Below, in pieces: positions 1 to 10,068 of a DNA stretch of 64,000 nucleotides. Every line of letters starts with the position of its first letter. The first letter of the stretch is position 1. A model generated the notes under the pieces. It made no database searches, was not told the DNA's origin, and worked only from the letters and a program-made list of their open reading frames with translations. Location: NCBI GenBank assembly GCA_963718895.1, contig CAVRAG010000008.1, positions 1,536,001 to 1,600,000 of the forward strand, given 5' to 3'. A program made the translations under genes and the position numbers. This DNA is from an uncultured Nitrososphaerota archaeon. GTDB taxonomy: Archaea; Thermoproteota; Nitrososphaeria; Nitrososphaerales; Gagatemarchaeaceae.

Positions 1-626
1 GAGGTCGAGGCCGAGCCCACGGAGATGTCCTCCGAGACCGATGTGCTCTGGGGGCTCCCGGAAAGTACGGCTGATGCGTTCGTCGACCACCGCACCGTAA
101 TCACGGCCTGGATTACGCCCGCTGAAGATATCTCGTAGTTGTCGGAGTCGACACAGTCGGTGGTCTCCGCGCTTGCGACCGCGCCCGGAGCCAGAGCGAC
201 AGTGGAGATGGTCCGCATGCAGTCGGTATCCGTCGCCGTCGACTGCGGTGAAACCGCTGATGATGAGGTGATGGAGGCAGAGACCGGTGAAGTGCGCCCA
301 TCGTAAGTGGCGTAGTAGACCGTGGAGTTGCCCACATTCTTGAACGTAGCGTCGAAGACCACGTGAGAGCCGACGGACGTGCTTACCAGGTCGGCCGAGA
401 CAATCCCTACGGGGGTTCCCGGATTCTGGCTGCTGTTGTCGGGACCTACGGGGCCGGTTGAGGTCACGGTGACAGTCGTCGTCACGATAGACGTCGAGAC
501 CTCCGGGAGAGTCTTGGTTATCGTGGTGATGCCGGGGGTGCTCAATGCAATGGCCGCTGCCACGACGACCGCGGCCATAACGATGGCCAATGCGATCCGG
601 GTGTAGGTCCGCGGCTGACCGCTCAA
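1..626 (-). CDS. Secreted or membrane-anchored Ser/Thr-rich protein, truncated at the window edge
   Basis: Read by hand: TTG at 624-626, open to position 1 (MSGQPRTYTRIALAIVMAAVVVAAAIALSTPG...). It has an N-terminal hydrophobic helix and a Thr-rich linker, and is missing from the ORF track because no stop lies in the window. Confidence 0.7.
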   Translation of the reverse strand, partial: MSGQPRTYTRIALAIVMAAVVVAAAIALSTPGITTITKTLPEVSTSIVTTTVTVTSTGPVGPDNSSQNPGTPVGIVSADLVSTSVGSHVVFDATFKNVGNSTVYYATYDGRTSPVSASITSSSAVSPQSTATDTDCMRTISTVALAPGAVASAETTDCVDSDNYEISSAGVIQAVITVRWSTNASAVLSGSPQSTSVSEDISVGSAST

Positions 627-740
627 TTAGAAGGACTAGTGTGAAAGAGAGTGATTTTTGTGATTAATACTTATGTCCGATAGAATCGGGATTCAGAGCA
701 TTGTTACATTCCGCAGTCAGGGAAGGAAATCTACGCGTGC

Positions 741-776
741 GTAGGGTTCGTTGCGCCTTCGGAGATTCTCATCCGC
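741..776 (-). repeat. 23S-trailer/BHB repeat copy 1 (degenerate)
   Basis: gtagggttcgttgcgccttcgg...tcatcc versus native gtagggttcattgcgcctccg...tcatcc at 31970-32006. Confidence 0.75.
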
Positions 777-827
777 GCCTTGGTTTGGCTTAAATCGAGT
801 CATAGCGATGGCTGAGCGACGATCCGC

Positions 828-1271
828 TTGAAAGACGCGGACAGAGATAGGATTCTGTTAGTCTTGGTCATTGTGAGCTTTGCCACCCTCGTACTCAGCC
901 AGATAGTCGAGGCGCTCACCTCGTCCACCATCGTCGTATCGTTGTGGTTCTTCGCGTTCGCGCTCTTCTTCACTAGCATTGGACTCTTGACTCTGAACCC
1001 AAGGCATCGAAGAATCAGGCTCACTTGGGGAATCGCTACTGTTCCCCGCGTTCTGATGCTCGCCGGACCCGTCCTGGTTGATCTCAGTTGCGTGCCCTTC
1101 TTGTTGAATTTCTCTTTAGGATCAGCGTTCTCGCTCACAGCTCTTGTGTTGTTAACGATAGGAGGCGTTCTTTCGACCGTAGATGCTCTTGTGTTGGTCT
1201 TGGCTTGGCGCATGTTGAAGGATGTCGATTTGGAGCTTCAAGCGCAAGCTGAGGCTTCGCCGCTGGGATAG
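828..1271 (+). CDS. Small multi-pass membrane protein
   Basis: 147 aa with about 4 hydrophobic segments, lying between repeat copies 1 and 2. Confidence 0.55.
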   Translation: MKDADRDRILLVLVIVSFATLVLSQIVEALTSSTIVVSLWFFAFALFFTSIGLLTLNPRHRRIRLTWGIATVPRVLMLAGPVLVDLSCVPFLLNFSLGSAFSLTALVLLTIGGVLSTVDALVLVLAWRMLKDVDLELQAQAEASPLG

Positions 1272-1310
1272 ACCGCAGCCTCTAGCCGTTTCTAACTAAG
1301 GTGATGTTTC

Positions 1311-1344
1311 GCCATGTATAAGGTTCATTGCGCCTCCGCCGGGC
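1311..1344 (-). repeat. 23S-trailer/BHB repeat copy 2
   Basis: gccatgtataaggttcattgcgcctccgccgggc, directly abutting the stop codon at 1345. Confidence 0.95.
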
Positions 1345-2580
1345 TCACGACCCGACTTCGATGACCAGCCATACGGCCTGCTCGTAGTGGAACTGGCACC
1401 CGTGAGACGTCAGGAGCGCGGTCATGTTCACATTGCCCGGAAACTCCGTCACGCTGCACGGTTGGTTGACCACGATTGACGGGCCATACCCTATGTAGTA
1501 GCCGAACTGGTTGTAGCTCGGGTTCGTAAGGACGGACCAGTGACCGGGAGCGGATTGCTGCAGGAAGCTCGCGTACGCGAAGGGCGCATCGGTTCCTGGC
1601 CAGAAAGTGGTCTCCCCGATCTGAAGCGTGGAGCCCGGAAACGACCTGGAGTAGTCCTGCTGGAACCCGTAGTTGGAGACGTTGTAGTTGGCGACCTGCG
1701 TCTGGAACCTGACCTTGGCGAACGCGTCGAGGGTCGAGTTCTCCGAGAGTTTCGGGCCCGTCCTATTGGCGTTCACCTGCTGGATGAAGTAGCTCACCCA
1801 GCTCGGCGTCGCCGCCTTCGTCGGCCACACACCCTGGAACCATCGGTCGTAGAGGACACCCAAGTCGCCCAGGGCTCCGGTCACCTGTATCGAGTAATCG
1901 AACGTCTGGCCGGGGCTCAGCGTCTCGCTTATGGCTTGGAAGGAGGCGGTGCACTCGGCTCCGGGCGCCATGGAATCGGGGCAGGAGACGCTGGAAAGGC
2001 TGCCCCCAAAGCTCGGGTTGGCAATCCAGTTCACGCCCTTGTAGGTCTGGTTGTCTCCGTTCCCGGGGACCTGGAAGGTCAGGTCGGCGAGGCTGAGGGC
2101 CTTCGAGCCTATGTTCTCGACAGTCGCCGTGAAGTTGACGATGCCGAGAGGCCCGCGGGCGAACGAGACGTTGCTCACGGCGACTACGCCTGAGGGGTCG
2201 ACCTCGACTGAGGGATAGGGCAGGTACTCCGCTCCCGTGACGTCCGTGCCCTTCAGGAAGAACACGTCTGTGCCGTGGCCTCCCGAAGTGCTCCAGTTTC
2301 CTTCCGCCATGCTGTAGGAACCAGCAAACGGCGGACCGCCCACGCTGAAGAGAGCATACGAGAGAGAGGCGCGTCCCGTCAGTGTTGTGGGGTCCGGGTA
2401 GAACTGCGATAGATCATCGCATGTAGCCTGGGGCTGGGAAGGAATGCAGTGCGACTGCAGCAGATTGACGGCTAGCGGGTACAGCGGGATGCTGTAGGTG
2501 AGTATCGGAGCGACCATCAGGACGATCAGAAGCACGCCGGCTAGGGCCGGAATCGCCCCGGTTTTGGTGCTCCTCCTCAA
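1345..2580 (-). CDS. Secreted protein with a C-terminal CAP/SCP-like domain
   Basis: N-terminal TM/signal, Ig-like middle, and a C-terminus (FIQQVNANR...LDAFAKVR...SAPGHWSVLTNPSYNQFGYYIG) that follows the CAP-domain pattern. Confidence 0.7.
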   Translation of the reverse strand: MRRSTKTGAIPALAGVLLIVLMVAPILTYSIPLYPLAVNLLQSHCIPSQPQATCDDLSQFYPDPTTLTGRASLSYALFSVGGPPFAGSYSMAEGNWSTSGGHGTDVFFLKGTDVTGAEYLPYPSVEVDPSGVVAVSNVSFARGPLGIVNFTATVENIGSKALSLADLTFQVPGNGDNQTYKGVNWIANPSFGGSLSSVSCPDSMAPGAECTASFQAISETLSPGQTFDYSIQVTGALGDLGVLYDRWFQGVWPTKAATPSWVSYFIQQVNANRTGPKLSENSTLDAFAKVRFQTQVANYNVSNYGFQQDYSRSFPGSTLQIGETTFWPGTDAPFAYASFLQQSAPGHWSVLTNPSYNQFGYYIGYGPSIVVNQPCSVTEFPGNVNMTALLTSHGCQFHYEQAVWLVIEVGS

Positions 2581-2701
2581 AGTGGGGGTTGGGCCTCGGT
2601 CGTTTTATTTCAGTCTTCAGAGAAGTTCTGAAGCCCAGAAGGCCGGGGCTGGTCGCCCGGTACCAGAGCCGGGGGAGGTTAATGTACGGGCGATTGAATG
2701 C

Positions 2702-2776
2702 AAGCTCCAGCCGATTGTTGATCTGGGATGCCGTAAAGAAAGGCATGCCATGCATAAGGGTTCATTGCGCCTCCGC
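2702..2776 (-). repeat. 23S-trailer/BHB repeat copy 3 (long distal arm)
   Basis: aagctccagccgattgttgatctgggatgccgtaaagaaaggcatgccatgcataagggttcattgcgcctccgc aligns over about 75 nt with native 31917-31991. Confidence 0.95.
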
Positions 2777-2865
2777 TGCATCGACTCGCCGGATATGCGA
2801 GTGGTACCATACTTTAAACACATCAGTGGTACCATATTAGATAAACCACACGCATAATAATCACT

Positions 2866-3300
2866 TTGTGGAGTTTCCCCAGCGCAGTGAATCTTCAGAA
2901 GCAGAAGGCGTACAAGCTGGTCGACGACGGCTACCAGTACAAGTACGTCGTCACCCTGCCTGAGTCTCTCGTTGAGGAACTGGGATGGAAGGAGGGCAGC
3001 GAGCTGGGCGCTGCAATCAGAGAAAGGTCGCTGGTCATAGACTTCGTCTCCGCTCCAATCAAGAAGGAAAGGCGCGTGGTCGTCACGAAGATGACCTATG
3101 ACGACTTCCGAGATAAGATTAGACAGGTCTTGGAGTACAACGACAAGGGGATGACCTGGACCGAGATCCGCAACTACCTCCGGCTCGACCAGGTGGTCCC
3201 CAACAACAAGTGGGTCAGGCTGCTTGAGAAGGACATCGGTCTCGTACGGACGAAGCGTTCGGATGGGGTCATCATCTGGCGAGTGGCACATGTCAGATGA
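2866..3300 (+). CDS. AbrB/MazE-like DNA-binding domain plus C-terminal wHTH regulator
   Basis: YVVTLPESLVEELGWKEGSEL is an AbrB-type motif; GMTWTEIRNYL...WVRLLEKDIGLVR is wHTH-like. Confidence 0.7.
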   Translation: MWSFPSAVNLQKQKAYKLVDDGYQYKYVVTLPESLVEELGWKEGSELGAAIRERSLVIDFVSAPIKKERRVVVTKMTYDDFRDKIRQVLEYNDKGMTWTEIRNYLRLDQVVPNNKWVRLLEKDIGLVRTKRSDGVIIWRVAHVR

Positions 3301-4036
3301 GAAGATTGTAGTCGACGACCTGACAATCCTTGGAAATGCCTGCCCGGACGAGATAAGCGGGCAAAGAATCGGCGTCTGCGTCGCAGGCTACTCTCCAACC
3401 CGAGGACTGATCCGCATATACCCCGTCCCACCGAATGTCAAGGTCGGTCGGTGGGATACGATAGAGGTCCCTCTCGAGCGCAACCCGAAGGACGTGCGAC
3501 CGGAAAGCTGGAAGATCCAGGGTTCGAAGAACGAGTGGGACAGGCTCCATCGCAAGATCACGATCAAAGGGAAGCTTCAGGAGAGAGCCGACCGCATGGA
3601 GTTTGTCGAGATGATGCGACTGAGGCATGGGGTCGGTTGCATCGAGGACCTGAACGAAGCGAAGGTGAGCCTGGGGATGATCAAGCCGAAGGTCATCAAG
3701 TGGGAACTCGTCGACCGGGAGGAACTTGACGAGACGCACCAGCTCACGCTGACGAGTGCAGAGGCGCTCTGGACCAAGAAGAACTATCCCCTGAAACCCA
3801 TGGTCACATATCGGTGCCAGAACTGCAGGACGACCGGCCCACACCACCAGCAGATCGTCGAATGGGGCCTCTACGAGTTCATGAGGAACAACAAGGGGAA
3901 CGAGGACAGGGTGTGGAAGAATCTGCACCTTGGGGAACCGGGCTACGACTTCGACTTCCTGGTCGGAAACATGGCTCTGCACCCGACTTCTTTCATGGTC
4001 ATCAGCGTCTTCAGGTTTAAGGCGCCTTTGAGATGA
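3290..4036 (+). CDS. Conserved hypothetical protein, possibly of the dual-OB-fold type found beside DUF488 genes
   Basis: ATG at 3290 overlaps the upstream stop. Motifs VCVAG...RIYPV, DVRPESW and CxxC...HH. Family assignment is from motif memory only. Confidence 0.6.
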   Translation: MSDEKIVVDDLTILGNACPDEISGQRIGVCVAGYSPTRGLIRIYPVPPNVKVGRWDTIEVPLERNPKDVRPESWKIQGSKNEWDRLHRKITIKGKLQERADRMEFVEMMRLRHGVGCIEDLNEAKVSLGMIKPKVIKWELVDREELDETHQLTLTSAEALWTKKNYPLKPMVTYRCQNCRTTGPHHQQIVEWGLYEFMRNNKGNEDRVWKNLHLGEPGYDFDFLVGNMALHPTSFMVISVFRFKAPLR

Positions 4037-4388
4037 GGCTCGGTGTCTCTACGATGTCCCTTACGAGATGCCGATGGCAAGGGTTGCCTGACCTCTCGTA
4101 GCACAACAGCGTGACGTTCTCAGTCTTGCTCGCCTCGTTCAGTGCCTGAATCGCTTCGAGACTGTCGACGTTATCGCTCAGTTCGGTGATGAACGACATC
4201 CTGAACCCCTCCCAGTCCTTCTTGCCGTCTCTGTAGGAGAAGAGCAGCTCCGGGCTTGGCGACAGGACCTGCACCCACTCGTCAAAGCGGTCTTTCTTCA
4301 CTCCACGGGGATAAAATCGCGTAATTAGGACCCTAAGCCCATCTTCCTCTTCCACCGGCTCATAGATTGACTTTGTACGGAGAGCCAA
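4017..4388 (-). CDS. DUF488 (YeaO-like) family protein
   Basis: DGLRVLITRFYPRGVKK, LSPSPELL and VTLLCYE...CHR motifs. Confidence 0.85.
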   Translation of the reverse strand: MALRTKSIYEPVEEEDGLRVLITRFYPRGVKKDRFDEWVQVLSPSPELLFSYRDGKKDWEGFRMSFITELSDNVDSLEAIQALNEASKTENVTLLCYERSGNPCHRHLVRDIVETPSLISKAP

Positions 4389-4540
4389 CTTCCTAGTTCC
4401 CAGCCTGTCCAGACCGGAGATAAGCGTGTTGCTAATACAGGTTGCTAGAACCGCGTCGCCCTCTTGACTAAGGAGACGGCTGAAACTAATCCGCCAAGAA
4501 TAGGCTTGGTGCCAAGTTGTCTATCCCGCTAAGCCTGATG

Positions 4541-4562
4541 TAAGGGTTCATTGCGCCTCTGC
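4541..4562 (-). repeat. 23S-trailer/BHB repeat copy 4
   Basis: taagggttcattgcgcctctgc, 21 nt from the stop of 4584..4850. Confidence 0.9.
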
Positions 4563-4583
4563 AGAATATCGATAGGTTGGCGA

Positions 4584-4850
4584 TCATGGAATACCGTGTG
4601 AGACGACTACAGTTGATGCTGCCGCCACATGCGCGAAGACGATGATCGCGAGCAAGACGAGGACCATGCAGATGGCGATCGCGTTACCATGGCTTGGGTT
4701 GCGCCTCGCCAGTATGAAGGACAGACCTGCCAGCAGGAGAAGCCCGACGTAAATCAGCTCCCAGGGGAAGACCAATGGAATTGCGGCAAACACGACGAGG
4801 AAGCCGGACCCGACCGTCAGCACGTCGCCGGCGACGTTAAGCGAATTCAT
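4584..4850 (-). CDS. Small 3-TM membrane protein
   Basis: 88 aa, almost entirely hydrophobic helices. Confidence 0.55.
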   Translation of the reverse strand: MNSLNVAGDVLTVGSGFLVVFAAIPLVFPWELIYVGLLLLAGLSFILARRNPSHGNAIAICMVLVLLAIIVFAHVAAASTVVVSHGIP

Positions 4851-5304
4851 GCCGGTAATCCTTGACCATCCGCAGGAGGTAACCGAAGGCGAATACGACG
4901 GCGATTGGGACCAGGTTCAGCACGGCCCAGTTCGGCGGCGCATGCGTGGTCGACAGGTTGGCCACACCTATCAGGAAGACGTAGCCATAGGCCACGAACT
5001 CCACGGCGAGTCCTTGAAGCCAGTCCCGTCGAACATGTTTCTGCCCACGCCGTAGGCCCGCATGGCCTGAGAGGTGTGGCCCTGCCGATCCAGACAGATT
5101 GCCGTGAGGGAGGCTATGTTAGCATAGTTCTGTTCTGACAGGTTCCCGGTGCCGTTGTTCAGGGTCACCTTGATTTGGACTCTGGCTCCCCATGAGTTTG
5201 TCCTACTATCTCTTATGTCTACCTTGTATATCCTCAAAATTCGAAGGTGACGACATTAATCAAGAGAATTTCTTCTTGAGCTTCTAGGGCAAAACAAAAA
5301 AGCA

Positions 5305-8300
5305 TCAGTCGCCCTTCGCCCATCGCCTATACGCACGAAGTTCCATGAACGCGGCAAGCCCGCAAAGGACGAGTACCATGACAGCAAGAATCGTCGAACT
5401 CATCGAAGCATAGGCCGTACCTCGAAGTGCCACCGTGGTCAGACTATCGAATAGGTTGACCACTGCGGCGAAAACATTCGGGGACGAACGCATCCAAACC
5501 ACCGAGTTCGATTCTCCTCTGAATTGCACCCCTTGAAGGGTGTAGGTAATTTCCGCGGGCTGGGAGACATATTCGCCGTAGCCATTCAATGTGACCTCGT
5601 AGGAGTAATGGACCGATTGTCCCGGTAGAAGCGTGAATTCGGAATTGTTGTCGGGATTGCCCGAGACCAGCGCTGCCCCGCTCTTGTACGATGTGAGGAA
5701 TGCCGCATCGTTCATTGAACTCACAGATATTTGAGACGAGTCGAGATTTTTGACCACGACTTTCACCACCACGTCGCCGTTGCTAGACTGAATGAAGGAC
5801 TTCGATAGTTGCAGCTCAGCCGGGTAGATACCCGTGAACGTCACCTGGAGAGTTGAAGGAGAGAGCGTCTTCCCTGCAGGCACCTGACTGAAGCCGACCA
5901 CGTCTCCCGGCAGTAGAGCGAATTGTCCCTCGGAGGTCGTGCTCGTGACAACGGTGAGTCTATCGTTGGGTATGACGTCGTCGTTCGCAGAAGGAGTAGA
6001 TGAAGAACCGTTGAGTGGCGCCCCGACTCCAAGCTCCGAGAAATATGCGCCACTCGCGAACGTTAGGGAACCGTCGTAACCGAGCAGCTGTTCGAGGTTG
6101 ACGGTGTGCACGTCCGAGGACGAGTGAACGACGCCCATCTTCACGGTCAGTGCACCCGCGAACGCGAACACGCCGGAAGCAGTCGCGATCTGGTTCTGGT
6201 TAAGCCCGAATAGATCCGATACGAAAGTGCCGAAGAATGTGTCGTTAGCGTAACCAGCGACCAGCATTGTGGCGTTCACGCGCCCAGCATTCGCCCCAGG
6301 AATCAGGACGCCAGAGTCAAGCCCGTTCTCGAGAGACTCGATCAGTCCCGAGCGGTGTATTAGCGGAAGCACGTTGTCCGCTATGGCCGGTCCCACAGTA
6401 TTGAGAGGGGCGTCTGATTGGTAGACACGTAGACAGACTTGATTCGAGGAGCTCGTAGTGTCGGGGAACATCGGAACTGCGGCGAGCAACGCGAGGTCTG
6501 AGAGACCAAGGGATGATGTGACCGATGTCACCACCGGGCCCGCGTCAGCTTGAGACTGAGGGCAAGAGCCTGAGTCTCCCATGAACAAAAGAGTGGGAGG
6601 GATGAGATTCGCATACCGCGATACGATGTTAGCGTCGACTGATGGTAACAGTGTCAGTCCACCGCTTTCGCTGAATACGACCAGAAAATCGACGCCGGAC
6701 GCCTGGGAGGACCCGAAGAGCGCAGGAGACTGCATCGATGCGGAGTTGTTAAGGAAGAGGTAGAGATTGGTCGCACTCCCGTCGGAATCGACCTCACCTA
6801 GGACTGCCTCAAGATACCCAGCAGGGAGAGTTATGGCCAGATAGGTGAACGTTATCGACCCACTCACCGGGATCTCGACGGTTCCGATCTCCACAGCCAC
6901 GGTTACCGAGCCCGTTCCCTGCGGGGTTAGTGCGGTCATGCTCGTCGAAGAGGTGACCGTGACCTCATCCGAGGCGGTGCTGCCGAACCACACGCTCATT
7001 GGGCTTGTAAAGCCGCTTCCGGTGAATGTGACCAAGGTCCCTCCCGACTCGGGACCTGAGACTGGCGAGACGCTCGTGACCGAATCGTACGTGAACTGGT
7101 ACCCTGGAGTGAATAGGTCCCCTAGAGTGGTACTACTGGTCCCGGCCGGCGTTGTAACCGTTACGTCGACGGTTCCAGAACCGTCGGGCGTCGAGAGGGT
7201 TATTTCGGCACCGCTTGCGGTGAGACCGGAAGCCGGATTGTCTTGGCCGAAGTTTACCGCTGTCGCTCCACTTAGGTCTGTGCCGTAGATGGTCGCGCTA
7301 GTCCCGCCATAACCGGTTCCCGAATCAGGGCTGATGCAAGAAACAGATGGCTGACCAGGAGGAGCTGGCACGAACCCCACACCCAGGGAAGGGGCCGATG
7401 AGCTGTAGCTTATCATTCCCGAGTTCACTCCTGAACAAGCCCAGCTGAGACCGGAGGACCCTTCTTCGGGCTGATTGGCGTAGGTGAGAGATTGATCGAT
7501 TGAATCAGACCACGACCGTTCTACCAGCTTTACGGAGGCTGTCTCAGACATTGCCGAACCTTGACCGAATGCCGTGTCTCCACTCGGACCACCGCTGACT
7601 GTCGGAGGTCCGACGAAGTCGAGTTCCGGATAGCCCGCAGGACCGAGATACATGTAGGAGCCGGGCGGGACTTCCAAACAGCTGGTGAGACAGGCGAGAG
7701 TTCCCGGATACGTGTACGTGTTTAGAGACTGGCTTCCAACCTTTGTAATCAAGGTCATGCCTCCATCTTGAATAACGGATGTCACGTTGAACGTGGCGGG
7801 AAGAGAGACCTGAGTGAAGGAATACGAGAAGTTACAGTCGGACGAAAGCATGCTTATCCCACCGCTGCAGGCAAGGAGCTCGTTGGAAGTAAATATCGAG
7901 TATAGGCTACCGGCCCAGTAATCCCCCTTACTGTCAACTCCGAGAATGAGGACGTTTTGGACCCAATCTGAGGGAACCGGGCCGATGTTATCGTGAGGCA
8001 CCACATAGAAGTTCTGCTGGACCGTGAAGCATGAACTGAGACTCACGACGAGCAGCTCTGATGGACAGGCAGTCGAGTTGGAGATGTTGATGCCCGACAC
8101 GGTAATCGTGTTCTCGACTCCCACGACCTGGTCTGATGGATATGCGGCGCTCTGTCCCGGGCACGTTGGTGCCGTGCCACCAACGTTTAAAGAATCGTCC
8201 AACAGATAGCAGTAACTGGACAGGGTCCAACTGTAAGACGCGGAGGCTTGAGAACCACAGTGCACTCCGATTAGAGATTCCAAAGGACCTGCGATGGGGC

Positions 8301-10068
8301 AGAATTCTGAGCCCAGATCTATCTGGTCTACATAATAACCGTCTACTGTCGACGAAGACCAAGAATCGGCGTAGTTCGAGGACAAGACTTGTGAGACTTC
8401 GTCGAACATCTGCTCTAGGTCGACGCCGACTGTTCCGGAACTCACAGGATCATGAAGGACAATGTAAACAGAGGTATGGCAGGTGTCTGGCTGGTTGACA
8501 CAATCATTGTTCAAATCGCCATTGTTCACATAAACGCTCCAGGCCCTTTCCTCAACTATGCCATCGACCACGGTAGGAATGTTTGCAGACTTGATGAAAG
8601 CACCATTTCCGTATTCCGCCTTCAAAGTTTGATTGTCAAGCCATATCATGAGTTCGATCGAGCTCTGCGTGAAAGCCAGATTCGAAGCGGATTCATCACA
8701 ATCTGCAGGAGTGGCCCAGATGTCATATGCGAAATCATACGGAGTGCGTGCAATAGCCGATTGGCTCTGTTCGACCGAATAACTGCTCATGGAGACAACC
8801 TCAGGGAAATTGCCTATTGTAGCAGGCGTCGAGCCGCTGCACGGGAGCTGGAGGCTCGGGCTCTGATTCTGGACGCCTAAACCGTAGCTAACATTGGGGT
8901 ACCCGATGACACCATTTCCATTTTTCAACGTGGCTTGAGTAAAGCTAACATCGGTGGTCAGTTGTCCGCTCTCATTCAGGCCCATTGTGACTCCTTCGTT
9001 AGCGCATGAGCCAGATTGCGAACATGAGTCTTCAAGATTGAATAGATTGGCCGTATAGAGCAGGTCACCAGCCTCGTAAACCGAACTCATGCCTTCCGGG
9101 GTCTGTTGGTTGTCAACATTGAATGTCAGGGAACAGGGAAGAACGTTGCACGGTGCAGGCGAATCGGCAGGGGCAGGGATCAGAGTTATTGCGTTCGACG
9201 ATGATGAAGTATCATCCACGCTGTCTTCCGTCTCCATAGCTCCAGAAGAAGTAGGGAGTGTTCCTCGAAGGTCGGACGTGTCGAGTCCGAACGAGGGTTT
9301 CGATGCACCGTCTACCGCTTGAGGCGACGAGGGAACGGGGATGTGAGGCCCGAAGGGGACGGTGGCAATCGGCGAAATGAAGACGATCAAAATGAGCACT
9401 TTCAGGACATTCCGGCCAAGCTTGCGTCCGGTTGAGCCGCCCTTGAAGAATCCTCCTGACCTTGATGGCCTTATGGTCTCAAGGAACTTCTGGGCGCCCA
9501 GGCCCGCCACCAAGGCAGCAATCAGAAAAATAACGAAGTTCTCGACACCAGCAAGGAGATAGGAGGAACCCCCCGAAATCGCCGCTCCTCCTGGATTCGC
9601 TTCAGAAGTCAAAGAGACTAGTAAGGATGGGAAGGTCTTCAGGAGAGGCTCATTCAGGAGAGTTGCACCATTGACACCGGGAGGGGGAGGGGGGAACGAG
9701 AAGGAAGAAAGGCTGGGCGAACTGTCGAATGCGCTCGTGGGGGCCAGTCGCGATATTGTCAGCAGTCCCGTCAAGACGAACAGGACGAAGGTCAGACAGT
9801 AGACCATGGCAGCCGCTCCAAATGACCCACGCCATCTTCTTACGAGAAGTCCGACGACGATCCCGATTACAGCCCACGTGATGGCTACCGTGATGTAGAC
9901 CGCGGGCGCTCCGAAGAGCAACAGGGCAAGCCCTAGGCAGAAGCTGAGCGAGGGACCCGAATTGGGTCCGAGCCAATTTATGATTGAACCGAAGCTTGGT
10001 GATAGGAAGGCGTATGCGGCGACCAGCGTGCACAGTGTACCGACAAGAACAGCAGTCAGCCTGGCCAT
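5305..10068 (-). CDS. Large membrane-anchored surface protein: TM bundle, GH12-like domain, thermopsin-like domain, 2 IPT/TIG domains, C-terminal TM
   Basis: GYPNVSYG, DFAYDIW, IELMIWL and LGSEF match GH12. TVQQNF...WVQNV...ELDFVGP is thermopsin-like. ISPDSG..GGT...I.G and VSPVSGPESGGTLVTFTGSGF match IPT/TIG. Confidence 0.8.
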   Translation of the reverse strand: MARLTAVLVGTLCTLVAAYAFLSPSFGSIINWLGPNSGPSLSFCLGLALLLFGAPAVYITVAITWAVIGIVVGLLVRRWRGSFGAAAMVYCLTFVLFVLTGLLTISRLAPTSAFDSSPSLSSFSFPPPPPGVNGATLLNEPLLKTFPSLLVSLTSEANPGGAAISGGSSYLLAGVENFVIFLIAALVAGLGAQKFLETIRPSRSGGFFKGGSTGRKLGRNVLKVLILIVFISPIATVPFGPHIPVPSSPQAVDGASKPSFGLDTSDLRGTLPTSSGAMETEDSVDDTSSSSNAITLIPAPADSPAPCNVLPCSLTFNVDNQQTPEGMSSVYEAGDLLYTANLFNLEDSCSQSGSCANEGVTMGLNESGQLTTDVSFTQATLKNGNGVIGYPNVSYGLGVQNQSPSLQLPCSGSTPATIGNFPEVVSMSSYSVEQSQSAIARTPYDFAYDIWATPADCDESASNLAFTQSSIELMIWLDNQTLKAEYGNGAFIKSANIPTVVDGIVEERAWSVYVNNGDLNNDCVNQPDTCHTSVYIVLHDPVSSGTVGVDLEQMFDEVSQVLSSNYADSWSSSTVDGYYVDQIDLGSEFCPIAGPLESLIGVHCGSQASASYSWTLSSYCYLLDDSLNVGGTAPTCPGQSAAYPSDQVVGVENTITVSGINISNSTACPSELLVVSLSSCFTVQQNFYVVPHDNIGPVPSDWVQNVLILGVDSKGDYWAGSLYSIFTSNELLACSGGISMLSSDCNFSYSFTQVSLPATFNVTSVIQDGGMTLITKVGSQSLNTYTYPGTLACLTSCLEVPPGSYMYLGPAGYPELDFVGPPTVSGGPSGDTAFGQGSAMSETASVKLVERSWSDSIDQSLTYANQPEEGSSGLSWACSGVNSGMISYSSSAPSLGVGFVPAPPGQPSVSCISPDSGTGYGGTSATIYGTDLSGATAVNFGQDNPASGLTASGAEITLSTPDGSGTVDVTVTTPAGTSSTTLGDLFTPGYQFTYDSVTSVSPVSGPESGGTLVTFTGSGFTSPMSVWFGSTASDEVTVTSSTSMTALTPQGTGSVTVAVEIGTVEIPVSGSITFTYLAITLPAGYLEAVLGEVDSDGSATNLYLFLNNSASMQSPALFGSSQASGVDFLVVFSESGGLTLLPSVDANIVSRYANLIPPTLLFMGDSGSCPQSQADAGPVVTSVTSSLGLSDLALLAAVPMFPDTTSSSNQVCLRVYQSDAPLNTVGPAIADNVLPLIHRSGLIESLENGLDSGVLIPGANAGRVNATMLVAGYANDTFFGTFVSDLFGLNQNQIATASGVFAFAGALTVKMGVVHSSSDVHTVNLEQLLGYDGSLTFASGAYFSELGVGAPLNGSSSTPSANDDVIPNDRLTVVTSTTSEGQFALLPGDVVGFSQVPAGKTLSPSTLQVTFTGIYPAELQLSKSFIQSSNGDVVVKVVVKNLDSSQISVSSMNDAAFLTSYKSGAALVSGNPDNNSEFTLLPGQSVHYSYEVTLNGYGEYVSQPAEITYTLQGVQFRGESNSVVWMRSSPNVFAAVVNLFDSLTTVALRGTAYASMSSTILAVMVLVLCGLAAFMELRAYRRWAKGD

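Noticed and set aside
4849-5237. Overlapping short ORFs
   Set aside because: No consistent frame; probably a degraded small membrane-protein gene that cannot be called.
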